Below, one piece after another: positions 25,654 through 38,185 of a DNA stretch of 64,000 nucleotides (positions within the stretch are counted from its first letter, which is position 1; each line of letters opens with the position of its first letter). The notes below the pieces were generated by a model. The model had not been told where the DNA came from and made no database searches. It saw only the letters and a list, made by a program, of their open reading frames with translations. A program made the position numbers and the translations under genes. Source of the DNA: Hypanus sabinus (taxonomy: Eukaryota); contig NC_082735.1 in assembly GCF_030144855.1 (NCBI RefSeq), positions 33,356,001 through 33,420,000 on the forward strand, written 5' to 3'.

Positions 25654-27191
25654 ACGAGGAAATCTGCAGATGCTGGAAATTCAAACAACGCACACAAAAT
25701 GCTGGTGGAACACAGCAGGCCAGGCAGCACCTAGAAGGAGAAGCACTGTCAACGTTTCGGGCCAAGACCCTTCATCAGGACTAACTGAAAGGTGAGATAC
25801 TAAGAGATTTGAAAGTAGTGGGGAGAGGGGAAATGCGAAATGGTATAAGACCAGAGGGGGTGGGATGAAGCTAAGAGCTGGAAAGGTGATTGGCAAAAGT
25901 GATACAGAGCTGGAGAAGGGAAAGGATCATGGGACGGGAGGCCTCGGGAGAAAGAAGGGGGGGAAGCACCAGAGGGAGGTGGACAGGCAGAGTGATGGGC
26001 AGAGAGAGAGAGAAAAACAACTAAATATGTCAGGGATGGGATAAGAAGGGGAGGGGGGCATTAATGGAAATTAGAGAAATTAAGGGGCTTCCCTTCTTCC
26101 ACCATCAACTCTGCTCTCAAACGCATCTCTCCCATTTCCCACACATCTGCCCTCACCCCATCTGCCCGCCATCTCACTCAGGATAGGGTTCCCCTTGTCC
26201 TCACCTACCACCCCACCAGCCCCCAGGTCCAACGTATAATTCTCCGTAACTTCCGCCACCTCCAACGGGATCACACTACCCAGCACATCTTTCCCTCCCC
26301 CCCCCTTCTGCTTTCCACAGGGATCGCTCCCTACGCAACTCCCTCATCCACTCGTCCCCCGATCCCTTCCCACCGACCCCCTTATGACACATCCTTGTAA
26401 ACGGAACAAGTGCTACACCTGCCCTTACACTTCCTCCCTCACCACCATTCAGGGCTCCAGACAGTCCTTCCAGGTGAGGTGACAGTTCACCTGTGAGTCG
26501 GCTGGTGTGGCATACTGCGTCCAGTGCTCCTGGTGTGGCCTTTTATATATTGGCGAGACCCAACACAGACTGGGAGACCGTTTTGCTGAACACCTATGCT
26601 CGGTCCACCAGAGAAAGCAGGATCTCCCAGTGGCCACACATTTTAATTCCACGTCCCATTCCCATTCTGATATGTCTATCCATGGCCTCCTATACTGTCA
26701 AAATGAATCCAAACTCATGTTGGAGGAACAACACCTCATATACCGGCTAGGTAGCCTCCAACTTGATGGTATGAACATTGTCTTCTCTAATTTCCGTTAA
26801 TGCCCCTCCTCCCCTTCTTACCCCACCCCTGACATATTTAGTAGTTGTTTTTTTCTCTCTCTCTGCCCATCACTCTGCCTGTTCTCCATCTCCCTCTGGT
26901 GCTTCCCCCCCCCCCCCTTTCTTTCTCCCAAGGCCTCCTGTCCCATGATCCTTTCCCTTCTCCAGCTCTGTATCACTTTTGCCAATCACCTTTCCAGCTC
27001 TTAGCTTCATCCCACTCCCTCCGGTCTTCTCCTATCATTTTGCATTTCCCCCTCCCCCCACTACTTTCAAATCTCTTAGTATCTCTCCTTTCAGTTAGTC
27101 CTGACAAAGGGTCTCGGCCCGAAATGTCGACAGTGCTTCTCCTTATAGATGCTGCCTGGCCTGCTGTGTTCCACCAGGATTTTGTGTGTGT
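25654..27191 (+). mobile_element. Penelope-like element: GIY-YIG endonuclease C-terminus flanked by ~400-bp inverted terminal repeats
   Basis: YCVQCSWCGLLYIGETQHRLGDRFAEH...PVATHFN...EEQHLIYRLGSLQLDGMN (26507-26800). Arms ~25687-26078 and ~26783-27192. Flanking repeat TATATAAACCA(C/T)GAG. Confidence 0.9.
25748..25781 (-). ncRNA. Minimal type I hammerhead ribozyme motif in PLE terminal repeat
   Basis: GUC-CUGAUGA-A-GGGU(CUUG)GCCC-GAA-ACGU-U^GAC: intact core, stem II, palindromic ACGU stem III and 3-bp stem I. Activity untested. Confidence 0.7.
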
Positions 27192-27544
27192 TATATAAAC
27201 CATGAGATTTTTTTTGACAATACTCAATAAATCCTTAATAGACTAAACATAATAGAATCAATGAAAGATTGCACCAATTGGGCGTTCAACCAGTGTGCAA
27301 AAGACACTGTGTGAATACTAAAAGAAATAATAATCAATGAGCAATAAATATCAAAAAGAGATGGAGTCCTTGAAAGTGAATCCATAGGTTGTGGGAACAT
27401 TTCAGTGAGACAAGTGAAGTTATCCCCTTGGGTTCAAGAGGCCAATTTAAATGTAAAATATGATAACTGATGTTGATAGGGAAAATAGCGCCATACATCT
27501 CAGACTAGGAAACATTATAGCAGAACCCTTTCAGAAGTTAAGTA

Positions 27545-28287
27545 CAATGGATTCCGGTTAATTAGAACACATTGGGACCAGTATATTTTGGCCCAATTAG
27601 CTGAAGTTTCATGGAATAGTTAAAAAGTTTAAAAAAGAAACTACCATTTAACTGAGTAACACATTATGTATTTGAATGAAATACAGAACAAGTTAGAACA
27701 CCATCAATACTATTACAGTACTATAAAACTATTAGTTCTAATAGTTATTGACAGGAATAATGCAGTGCACTCTGCCGTTGTTTTGAATGACTGTAAATGA
27801 ACAAAATCAGCGCAGACACCTAGACAATGGACTGCATTCATACAATGTTATTGACAATTGCAATCTCCAAATCTTTTTTTCATTATAACATTCCAGATGA
27901 TTATTGATACCTTCAAATTCTTTGCAGTTCCTAACTTAAAGTACTGAAATTGTTTCGATTTTACTCCTGGCTGTTTCTGGCATCTCCAACCCTCAAAACT
28001 TGAAATCGCAGTGAGCAAAACAGATCTGATTTCTCATTTCTTACTGCTCATTTCTCATCAACCAGTGAGAAAAATCAATTCTTTTTGAATACAAGCATGC
28101 ATAACTGATCCTACTTAAGCACAGTGCAGGATCTAATGGCCACACAAGTGCACTCGTCTGACGTTAGCTAGAAACTGTCCGACAACAGTCTCCCAGCCCA
28201 ATTAAACAGCATAGTTGTTATTCTTTAGTTGTCCCAAATCATGGCAGCAGCTTATTAACTGATGGCCCAATTAACCAGAATCCAGTA
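27545..28287 (-). mobile_element. Tigger-derived non-autonomous element (~740 bp)
   Basis: Both TIRs present (ta-caatggattccggttaatt / aattaaccagaatccag-ta); reverse complement of the 47883-50583 copy minus its insert. Confidence 0.8.
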
Positions 28288-29369
28288 CTTATATTGAAAG
28301 ATAGTTGGAGATTCTCATATCAAATGTTAATCTTTCTTTCTCAATCTTTTTATTGAATTTTTCAAAGACAAATACATAGCAGTCATAATAGTACAAAGGG
28401 AGTGGGAGTACATTGTTGGCAATTAACATGTGAGTAGAAACTCTAGGTAACACCAACATAATTGACCTCCCAAACTCTTAATATAGACAAGATACAAGGA
28501 AATAAAAAGATGGAAAAAACCCCAAATTGAAAAATCAAAAACAAAGTAAACTAAACAGAACTAAAACTAAACAAAGCTGGGCTATTCTTGGGAAAACCAT
28601 TGAGATGTAGTTGGATGATTCATCTCTTTACAATTCAATAATGTTAATTCTAAATTGAAAAATAGTAAGCAAAGGTACGAATAGAAATGAGTTAAAATAC
28701 GACATATAGAGTTAGATCATATCAGCCAATTTTATTGAGCAACAAAGGTGGCAGAAGGTGAGTAAATGGTAATGACAGAAGAACAACAATGCCTTTACAA
28801 GTTTGGATGGAGTGCAACTTGGCCAGGAACATGCAGTGAATGCCCTTATCCTTTTTGCAGATGTCACAGATTTGGGAGGTAGATGAACACGCTGCAACCA
28901 CTTACTGCTTGTAGCCAAGGGCATAAACATTTATTGCAATGGATTGGTCATCATTAGCACCAACTACATCATCATGGATGGTGGAAAGATTCTAAGACAG
29001 GGTTCCCAACTTGGGGTCCATGGACGCCTCAGTTAATGGTAGGGGTCCCAAGTTGAAAACCCTTGCTCTAGGGTGTGAAGAGAAGAGGCATTCATCATAG
29101 CATACCCAGTCTCCAATCTGATCTTACAGCCACATTATTTGGCTGGTGCAGCTGTGGTCTTTAGCAGAACAATTACATGGGAGACTTGACAAGGGGTAAC
29201 ACCACTAATTAAGAGGCAAAGGCTAGACTCACTTGTGCAATTTGTGAATATAACCAATTAATCAGGTTGGTTTTTATTAAGCTTACACTCTTGAAATTAG
29301 TCAGGCAACTTTATTTTAAAATCAAAACTCATCATAATTTCAACACAAAACCATGAGTACTGCAGTTAT

Positions 29370-29471
29370 TAAATACAAACACAAAACGCTGGCAGAACTC
29401 AGCAGGCCAGACAGCATCTATGGGAGGAGGTAGTGATGACGTTTCGGGCTGAAACCCTTCATCAGGAGGGT
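29370..29471 (-). mobile_element. ~100-bp Penelope-derived solo unit with hammerhead core
   Basis: CTGATGA-AGGGTTTCAGCCC-GAAACGTC on the minus strand; perfect 12-bp TSD TACTGCAGTTAT (29358-29369/29472-29483). Confidence 0.8.
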
Positions 29472-29544
29472 TACTGCAGTTATGTTCCTCTCAAAGACAT
29501 TTTAAGCACAACTTAAATCGTTTTGTGAACCTGTTCTTCCCTAC

Positions 29545-29676
29545 CTTGCAGACTGGACATGTGTGCACAAGTGCTGCCTTTGCTGCTGCCTTCTGATCAG
29601 ATCCCCCTTTCTTCTTTTCAGCTTGTCTCTTGGCATTCTTCTGCTGGGCCTGGATCTTCTGCTGTCCACGAGCCAT
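29545..29676 (-). CDS. znf706l: Zinc finger protein 706-like (4F5 + C2H2), first coding exon (aa 1-44)
   Basis: MARGQQKIQAQQKNAKRQAEKKKGGSDQKAAAKAALVHTCPVCK|gtaggg, close to ZNF706. VHTCPVC versus human IYTCTVC suggests the ZNF706-like paralog. Confidence 0.93.
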
Positions 29677-32299
29677 GATGAAATTCTGGAAATCTACTAA
29701 AAAGTAAAGCTTCAGTTACTCTTCATACTAGTGCAACAAGAGATACAGCAGAAACTAGAAAAATATTTATATTCCACTATTTAAAAAAAAAATTAAAATA
29801 GAAAAATCCCAAACTAAGCAAAATCACAAACATACCATGCAAATCAAAGGCACACTTTCACAGACAGTTCCCAATAAACAAGGTCCAATAGAAAGAAAAA
29901 AAATGACAAAATAACTTTAGGAATGAAAAACATGTGCATCGTAGATTACAAATGCAAAACTGAATAAGTTGTTAGTGCAAGCAGCAATTTTTAAAATGAA
30001 ATTCATATAACCCTTGCGACACAACATCTTCAGTCAATATATGCCAAGCCTCTGCACAGAAGGGTTTTAAATAACATTTGACACCAAACCACAAGAAAAT
30101 AATAAGTAACAAAAGAAAAACTTGATCATCGAGTTCAATTTTTAAAGGAGCATTTAATGCAGTTAGATTGTTTAAGGAAGGTGAGATTCCAGAGTTAGAA
30201 ACTGAACATATTATGATGCTGGAGAAATGAAATTCAAATATTACTAAAAACCAAAATTGGTGAATAGCAAATCTAATGATTGTCGGTCAGGGAAAAAAAT
30301 CGTAATAGGAAGAAAATAATCATCAAATCATAAACACTCTTATATAAGAGGATTTTTGTACATTGAAACAAAACTTGAGTTTTGTAATTACCTCCAGTAA
30401 TTATACACACACACAACCCCAACAGGTACACAACACAGCAGGCCCTTCAACCCATCTTGTCCATACCGAACTATTTAAACTGCCTCCATGCCCGTACCAT
30501 CCACACTACTTAAATGTTGAGGTAACAAAGAGGTCTGGATAAATGTTTCAGCAAATGATCTGAATGAGGGTCACAATCTATTTCAGCAAATTGGAAATAG
30601 GCATGCAGAAGATTCTTATTTATCATCACATGATCAAATATGACATCATGGATGGAATAAAAGGTTTAATATAAGTGGTATGGTGGCATAGAGGCAGAGC
30701 AATTAATGCTGCTGGTCCACAGCTCCAGCACCATGAATTTGATTTTGGTCACAAATATTGTTAGTGTGGGATTAATATTCTCCTTACGGCTACCAGGGTT
30801 TCTTCCAGGTGCTCTAGTTTCCTTCCACAGCCCTATTGATAAGTTACAAAACCACTGTATGTAGAAGTCAAAGTACATTATCAAAGTATACTTTATACAG
30901 TTTTATATATTACATGTAAATCACTGAGTTGGTCAAAAGGTTGGACTGCAATTCACACAATAAATGAACAGTCATCTACTTTATTTATTTATTGAGATAC
31001 ATGGAATAGGCCCTTCCTGCCCTTTGAGCTGTGCCACCCAGCAACACAATTTAACCCTAGCCTAATTACAGTTACTTGCCTCCAAATCAAAAGACTCCTT
31101 GAAAATTATGCAACATCACCACTGACCTCAAATTTTCGCTAGGGACTGCCCAAATTGTGCTAATTTTACTTTAAGGATGAGTACGTCAAACCCCTGCTTC
31201 AATAGCAGAAACAACCCAATGAGCATACTTAGCCCCAACTATGAATGAATCTGTCTTTCCCACACGAACATCTCAGAACTGTAATGGAAGTACGCCAGTC
31301 AATCTTCAGTTAATGCCCAATAAATAAAGTTATGGCTGTAATACAGATCTCAGTGGATGTGGGAAAACAGGACCAAGAAAACTAGCCAGCTGAAAGCAGT
31401 TTAAAAAAAAGAGCCAAGATAAGAGTTGATTTTTATCGTGTAAAGTCCTGTGACCTTAAACCACAATAAACAAGTCCACTCTGCTAAAAAATACATACAG
31501 TGCTTTATTTTTATTATCAGTATTTTGTCAGTGCAGCTCTGAGTCCAACCCTCCGTCTGCATCATGAGGGGTGGAAACAACAGGACTCTGGTGAAGCTGT
31601 ATAGGCCAGTCCCCTGTAGAGTGGATGCAATGGATTACAGAAACACTGAATTCCAACCATACCATCGACTTTGGACAACGGAGACGGGAGGCCTATTCTC
31701 CAATGAGATAGCAGGGTCCAAGAAGAGAAGGCAACTTTGTGTGTGCTTCAGAATCACGCCAGAGTAAAGCACAATATACCCTCATCGTATCAACAGCCCT
31801 CACACACATAATCTTTCCAAATTAACAGAAAAAGCAGCAAACTATAAACTTGTGGACAGTGTGAGGACTTAGGAAGCACTTTGTGGTATTAGTCAAGACA
31901 GAAGCCCGTAGATTCAATACAGTCCAGATACAGGCTCATAACTTAGGGTCATTTTAGTGTAGCACTACATCATCCTTTCGCATCAGAAAGCATAGAAGAA
32001 CAGAAAAGGCTATTACAAAAATAATGGACGATGCTCTCTTACCGAGTATTCCCTGCATTTATTTTAAAATTTCAACCTTCTGTTTAGAAAACAAAGCCAA
32101 AATCATCATGAACCTATTTAACTTCGTTTCACACACACTATAACTGCGCGGGGAATCTGAAAGCGAGCTTCATAAGGAAACAAAATAAACTAACAACATC
32201 CGCTCCAGTGTGGCAAGCTACTTTCCGAAAGGTGTATTAGTACCCTCTTAATTCAACCATAACAAAAGACAATGCTCCTCTCCTGTGGTACTAACATTC

Positions 32300-32720
32300 A
32301 AGAACCGGCAGCTCTCCAGAGACTGCGAATCGGCTCCCGAACAACGAGCGTGAAAGGCATCAAGCAACGCCAACGTGAAGCCGGATTACCGGGTGCACAG
32401 GCCGAGGCGCGGCGTGTGGCCTGCAACAGGGCTACAGCCCACCCTCCCTCACTAAAGGCACAGCGCTCACCCCGCCCCCGCGACTCGCAGCAAAACAACC
32501 CCGAGCTTCAAGCCCAAGAACTGACTGACCAAGTGGCCGAGACTCACCGGCAGACACCACAGCCCGCTAACGGCGCTTGCCCGTACTCGGTCAGCAGAGG
32601 CGGGGTCCAACGGCTCCGGAAGTGACGACATTAAGCCCAAGCCCCGGGAGGTGAAAAAAATGCGGGCACTCGCGCCGAGGATCACGTGGGCATTAAAGGC
32701 TGCGGAAAAGATACAACCAA
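32300..32720 (-). promoter_or_regulatory. CpG-island promoter of ZNF706-like gene
   Basis: CpG-rich. GC box 32597-32605, overlapping ETS/CRE-half motif CCGGAAGTGACG 32616-32627, E-box CACGTG 32683-32688. Confidence 0.75.
32548..32600 (-). other. znf706l: Non-coding exon 1 of ZNF706-like gene
   Basis: Perfect donor CCG|gtgagt at 32547 inside a CpG island; TSS approximate. Confidence 0.7.
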
Positions 32721-33739
32721 AATTCATGGCAATATTTTGTCTTCTTATCCAATCGTATTCTTCACGTCTAATAAAATCACACCGAGAGATTCCAAAGCAA
32801 TAAACTGGTTTAACGTCACTTTTATTGTTGCTGTACCGAAGTCTACATTTTTAACCTTTGGAAATTACGCTCCGAGACGTTCAACGCATGTTTTCATCAA
32901 TGGTATTTGTCCAGAGCCCTGCCGCAGTACAATCAGTCGGAAAACATTTAGGAAGCGCCTTTTAAATCTGTATCCTTCTCAAACACTTTGAAAAGAAAGT
33001 GACGAAATCATTTCAAGGATAATTCTTCGGGTGCCACTGTAAGGAAGCTAGATCGGGAAATGTTGGTTGAGCATTATCGCAATACAAAAGCCGCACATGG
33101 ATATTACATGTGAAAAACAAAATGTGCATTTAACATGTGATGTTATAGTATTGAAGGGCGAACAGGCGCCATTTATAAATAATACGGTAACAGATTGGGC
33201 TCCCTATTATTAGTTTTCTCTGGTTCGGACTGCCAACGACTGCGTGGTAAACAGTTTAAAGAGGCCATCCAATGTATTGGTTATATGGGGTTTTTTTTCA
33301 CTTTTCTTCGCCCCGAAAACATCTACCTCCCCACCCACGAGAGATGCTGTCACCTCCCCCATTTAGTCTGCAGATAGACTGTAAGCTGATGAAAAAGAAA
33401 TCTGTCATTACAGAGGAAACTGGGGGTGTGGGGGGAGTTAAAGGAGGGAGGAAGGGGAGTGGAGTTTAGGGGAAGCAAGTTCATGTTCACAAGCTGCGGA
33501 CTTGCGTGAAAGCAAGTATTTCTTGTGCCACCTCTAATTGTCCTCCAAACATTCTGTCATGAAGTTTGCTCTATTATCGCTGTATCTTTCAAAAATCAGG
33601 CTCTCTTCCTGTCAAACAATATTCCTTGAGGATAACATTTGTCTGGGACACATTACCTCATCGGAGATTAACCTTGGGAAGTGGTCTGAGTTAAACCTGC
33701 AGGATTAAGGGACACTTTGACATCAGGGGAGTTGGGAAT

Positions 33740-36240
33740 GTGGTTAAAAGTCCTGTTTATTGTCCTGTTTATATACATGTATACTGTCAAACGAGACAAC
33801 GTTTCTCCGAACCAGGGAGTAAAGTACAGTAGTACACATAACACAATAACATAGCAAAGGAAGAATTAAATCTACAGTTGAATTATGCACAGATAAAGTG
33901 CATACATTAAACATTATGAGATACAGTACAAATTATCTGTTGACACATCAAATGTGATATAGAAGGGAATTCAGAAGCCTGAGGGAAGAAATGGTTTCCC
34001 ATCCCAACCGTTCTTGTCTTTATGCAATGGAGTCTCCTGCTTGATGGTAGAAAGTCAGAGAGGATGCTGGGATCCTTAATAATACTAAGGGCCCTGCAAA
34101 CACAGCACTCCTGATAAATGTCCCTGATAGATGGTAGGGAGACCCCTATGATCCTCTTGGCCTTTCTCATGGAAGGAAGGAGAACAAGAATTCAGAAAGT
34201 TAGAGTCCACATGGAGGTTCTCAACCTGATATGGCAACTGTCCATTTTCCTCCAGGAAACTGGGTTCGGATGGGTGGATATAACGTGGTTGGCATAGACA
34301 CATTGGGCCAAAGGACCTTTTCTCATTTCTTGATTTCTCCTGGTATTTTTTCTCTTTTTTTTCTTTTCTCCTACCCCTTCCTTCTTCTTCCACTCCTCAC
34401 TCAGGCCTCTTACATCTTTTCCTCACCTGTCTATCATCTCCCCTTAGTGCCCCTTCTTCTTCCCTTTCTCCTTTGGTCCACTCTCCTCTCCTATCAGATT
34501 CCTTTACCTCTCCTGCCAACCTGGCTTCACTTATCATCTTCCAGCTATCCTCCTTCTCCTCCCACCGCCTTTATTCCAGTGCCATCCCTTTTCCAATCCG
34601 GATGAAGGGTCTTGGCCTGGAAAGTCAACTATTTATTAATTTCCATAGAGGCTGCCTGACCTGCTGAGTTCCTCCAGCATTTTGTGTGTGTGTTGCTCTG
34701 TACCCTTCCTCTTGGTTTATAACCTGCTGCGTTTCTCTATTGGTTTTCCTTCTGGTGTGAGCTTGAAATAAGGACTGGGGAACAGGGTTGGTGCATTTGC
34801 CAAGAATATATCAAAGTTCAAAGTGAATTTATTATCAAAGTGTGTATATGTCACCATACAGAACCGTGAGATTGATCTTCTTTTGGGCATACTCAATAAA
34901 TCCAAGAACCATTATAGAAACAATGGAGATTGTACCCAACAGGACGCACAAACAACCACAAACTGTGCAAATACAAAAGGAAAAAAAGAAATAATAATAA
35001 TAAATATACAATAAATATCAAGAACATGAGATGAAGAGTTGTTGAAGGTGAGCCCATAGGTGATGCGAACAGTTCAATGATGGGGTAAGAGTACAAAATT
35101 ATGAGGGGTATAGATAAGGTAGCTTTTTCCACTGAGGTTGGCTGAGATTACATCTGGGGATCATGGGTGAAGGGTGAAATGTTTAAGGGGAACATGAAGG
35201 GAAGCTTATTAACTCAGAGGGTGAATGAGAGTGTGGAATGAGGGGCAAGCACAAGTGATGGGTATGGTTTTGATTTCAACGATTAAGAAAAGTTTGGATA
35301 GGTGCATGGATGGGAGGGTGTATGGAGGACTGTGGTCGATGGAACTAGGCAGCTTAAATGGTTTGGCACAGACTAGATGGGCCAGAGGGCCTGTTTCTGT
35401 CCTGTAGTTTTCTATGATACTATGAGTCTAAGTGAATTTGAGTGAAGTTATCTCCACTGGTTCAAGAGCCTGATGGTTGAGGGGTAGTAATTGTTCCCGA
35501 ACCTGGTGGTGTGAGTCCTGAGACTCTTGTACCTTTTCCTGATGGCACCAGTGAGAAGAGAGCATGACATGGGTGGTGGGGGTCCCTGATGATGGATGCT
35601 GCTTTCCTGCAACAGATTGATAATGCATTTCAGAGGCAGTGTACTAGGAGTGGAGCAGTGGATGTTAAATCCAGAATCAGGATCAGAATCAGATTTAGTA
35701 TCACTGGCATATGTCGTGAAATTTGTTGTTTTTGTAGCAGCAGTACAATGCAATACATAATAGAAACACTGTGAATTACAGTAAGTAAATATATATATTA
35801 AATAGTTCATTTAAATAAGTAGTGCAAAAATAGAAATAAAGAAGTAGTGAGGTAGTGTTCATGGGTTCAAAGTCCATCCAGAAATCAGATGGCAGAGGGG
35901 AAGGAGCTGTTCCTGAATCATTGAGTGTGAGCCTTCAGGTTTCTGTACCTCCTCCCTGACTTGACTTGGGTGATGAGGGTTCTTAATGATAGACACCACC
36001 TTTTTGAGTCATCGCTCCTTGAAGATACCCTAGATACTACAAAGGCCAGTGCCCATGATGGAGCTGACTGAGTTTACAACTTTCTGCAGCTTACTTCGAT
36101 CCTGTGCAGTAACTCTCTCCCCCCCCCCCCCACCCCCAATACCAGATGGTGTTGCAATCAGTTTGAATGCTCTCCTTGGTACATCTGTTGAAATTTGTGA
36201 GTCTTTGGTGACATACCAAATTTCCTCAAATTCCCAGTGA
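33740..36240. mobile_element. Cluster of nested Rex1-like, PLE and CR1 fragments
   Basis: Rex1-like 3' ends on minus (33740-34170, 34810-35630, 35670-36240), PLE terminal repeat on plus (34200-34700), CR1 insert on plus (35086-35420). Confidence 0.6.
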
Positions 36241-36592
36241 AGTATATCCACTGGCAGAACGTAGCATGGTGTTCGATTCTTATAGCAGCTGAACGCCTCT
36301 GAATGAGTACTAACCCCAGAGCATTTTGAGTGATAGAATTTGTCATCAGAACCCATCCAGGTCTATCAGACAATCCGCTTTGTACCTTAATCTTGTAAGA
36401 TAGATTGACTTATCTCATGCCAAGGGTAATGCCAGAATTGTTAATAGTGAAGGATTCTACATTCATGATCGGAAAATATTTAAGTTTTATGTTGGCAAAA
36501 TGGTCACATTGTCTGACACTACTGTCATTTCCCATTTGTTACAACATCAAATAAATTGAGTAAAACTGAATTTGAGCAGTTTATCCCTGTCT

Positions 36593-36950
36593 TGGGTGGC
36601 GGGGTAGAGCTACGTCTCTACCAAAGGAGGTGTAAGGTTCTCCTTCCCTCTACTAGCCTGCAGGTCACCCTTGGGCAAGGTGTAGCATCCGATCAGGGTG
36701 GCATGAAGCCACAGGAGCAGGTGGTGGATGGTCTATGAGCAACTGGTACATATCACAAGTCCTGCTTGTGCAAACACTGATGCCGGGCAGACAATCTCTG
36801 AAGAGTATTGATAATGGCTGGGGTCATTTGTCTTGTAAGGACACTGCCCAGAGGAAGGCAAAGGCAAACCACCTCTGTAGAAAAATTTGCCAAGAACAAT
36901 CATGGTCATGGGTCCATGATCGCCCACGTGACATGGGACATACTGGTGAT
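36593..36950 (+). mobile_element. RTE-partner SINE-like element
   Basis: Structured head gggtggcggggtagag...; RTE-type ggaaggcaaaggcaaaccacctc; gat-repeat tail. Sister copies at ~10.0 kb and ~55.9 kb (partial). Confidence 0.6.
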
Positions 36951-38185
36951 GATGTTGACTCCTGTCTTGGGCAGAACAATACTAGATACAGACTTGGTTT
37001 TCTGCGAAATTCTGAGTTAATTATCCAAACCACAAAACAGTCATAAAACTACTTAAAATTCTCCATTATTCTTTCTGGAACTCTTAATGTTCAAAATGTA
37101 TGAATAGTAATTTAATACAAAATATTGTGTTCTTGAGTTACATTTATGCTATAAATATAATCTTTATATTTATAAATATAATCTCTTCATTACAAGCTTT
37201 ATTTATATTACCGATTGAAAGAATATTTGATGTGCATGTACTAAAGAAGTCAAAGCAAGTCTAGAGGGAAGGTCTTTGCAGTATGGAGTAATATCTCACG
37301 GGGAAGGTAGATGGTTGTGGTTGTTTGACATCAATCACCTCAACTCCTGTATGTTGCTGCAGAGGTTTCAAAATCAGGTTTAATATCACCAGCATATGCC
37401 ATGAAATCTGTTATTTTGTGGCAGCAGTACATTGTAATGCATATTAATAAAAGCCATAATTTACAATTTTATATATATATAAAATTAAATTAAATTTAAG
37501 AGGTAATACAAAAAGAGAGCAAAAAAAAGTGATGTAACATTCATGGGTTTGTGTTCATTCAGAATTCTGATGGCGGAGGGGAGGAAATGAAACGTGTGTG
37601 TGTCTTCTTGCTCCTGTACTTCCTCCCTGAGAAGAGGGCATGTAATGGGGGTCCTTAATGATGGATGCCTTCGTAGTCAGTGTGAAGCAATACGTAAATA
37701 ATATGCTAAATGTGCATAGCCTGACAAATAGTAAGTAATATTACCTTCTCCACAAATGCAAAGCAATGATCATCTCCCCCCCTTCAATATTGCTGAGTTC
37801 CCATTCTGGCGTCACCAATAATCAGAAAGTTAATGGGGCAGGCCAGCGTTCAGCTCGCTGTTCAGCAAGGTTTACTCGTCTCTGCACTGAACTGAGGCTG
37901 TGGCCTGCAGCTAAGCGGCTCCTGGAATGGCAGCTGTGATGAACTGGCCTCGTGGCTGTGAGCTCACTTTCATGAACTTTAGTTCTGAGTGTTTACTTTT
38001 TATTGTTCGCACAATTTCTTCTTTTTGTTCGCACCTTGGATGTTTGAAGGTCTTTGTTAATGTGTTTTTATCGGGCTTATTAGTTTTCGTGGCTGCCTGT
38101 AGGAAGATGAATTTCAAGATTGTATATTGTATACATACTTTGATAATAAATGTACTTTGAACTTTGAACGGACCATAAACTGAGT

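Noticed and set aside
32272-32625. 117-aa plus-strand ORF
   Set aside because: GC-rich promoter ORF antisense to ZNF706-like exon 1; no recognisable domain.
36593-36700. HDV-like ribozyme
   Set aside because: A P1-like helix exists but no P3/L3 adjacent to its 3' strand and no clear P2 or J4/2.
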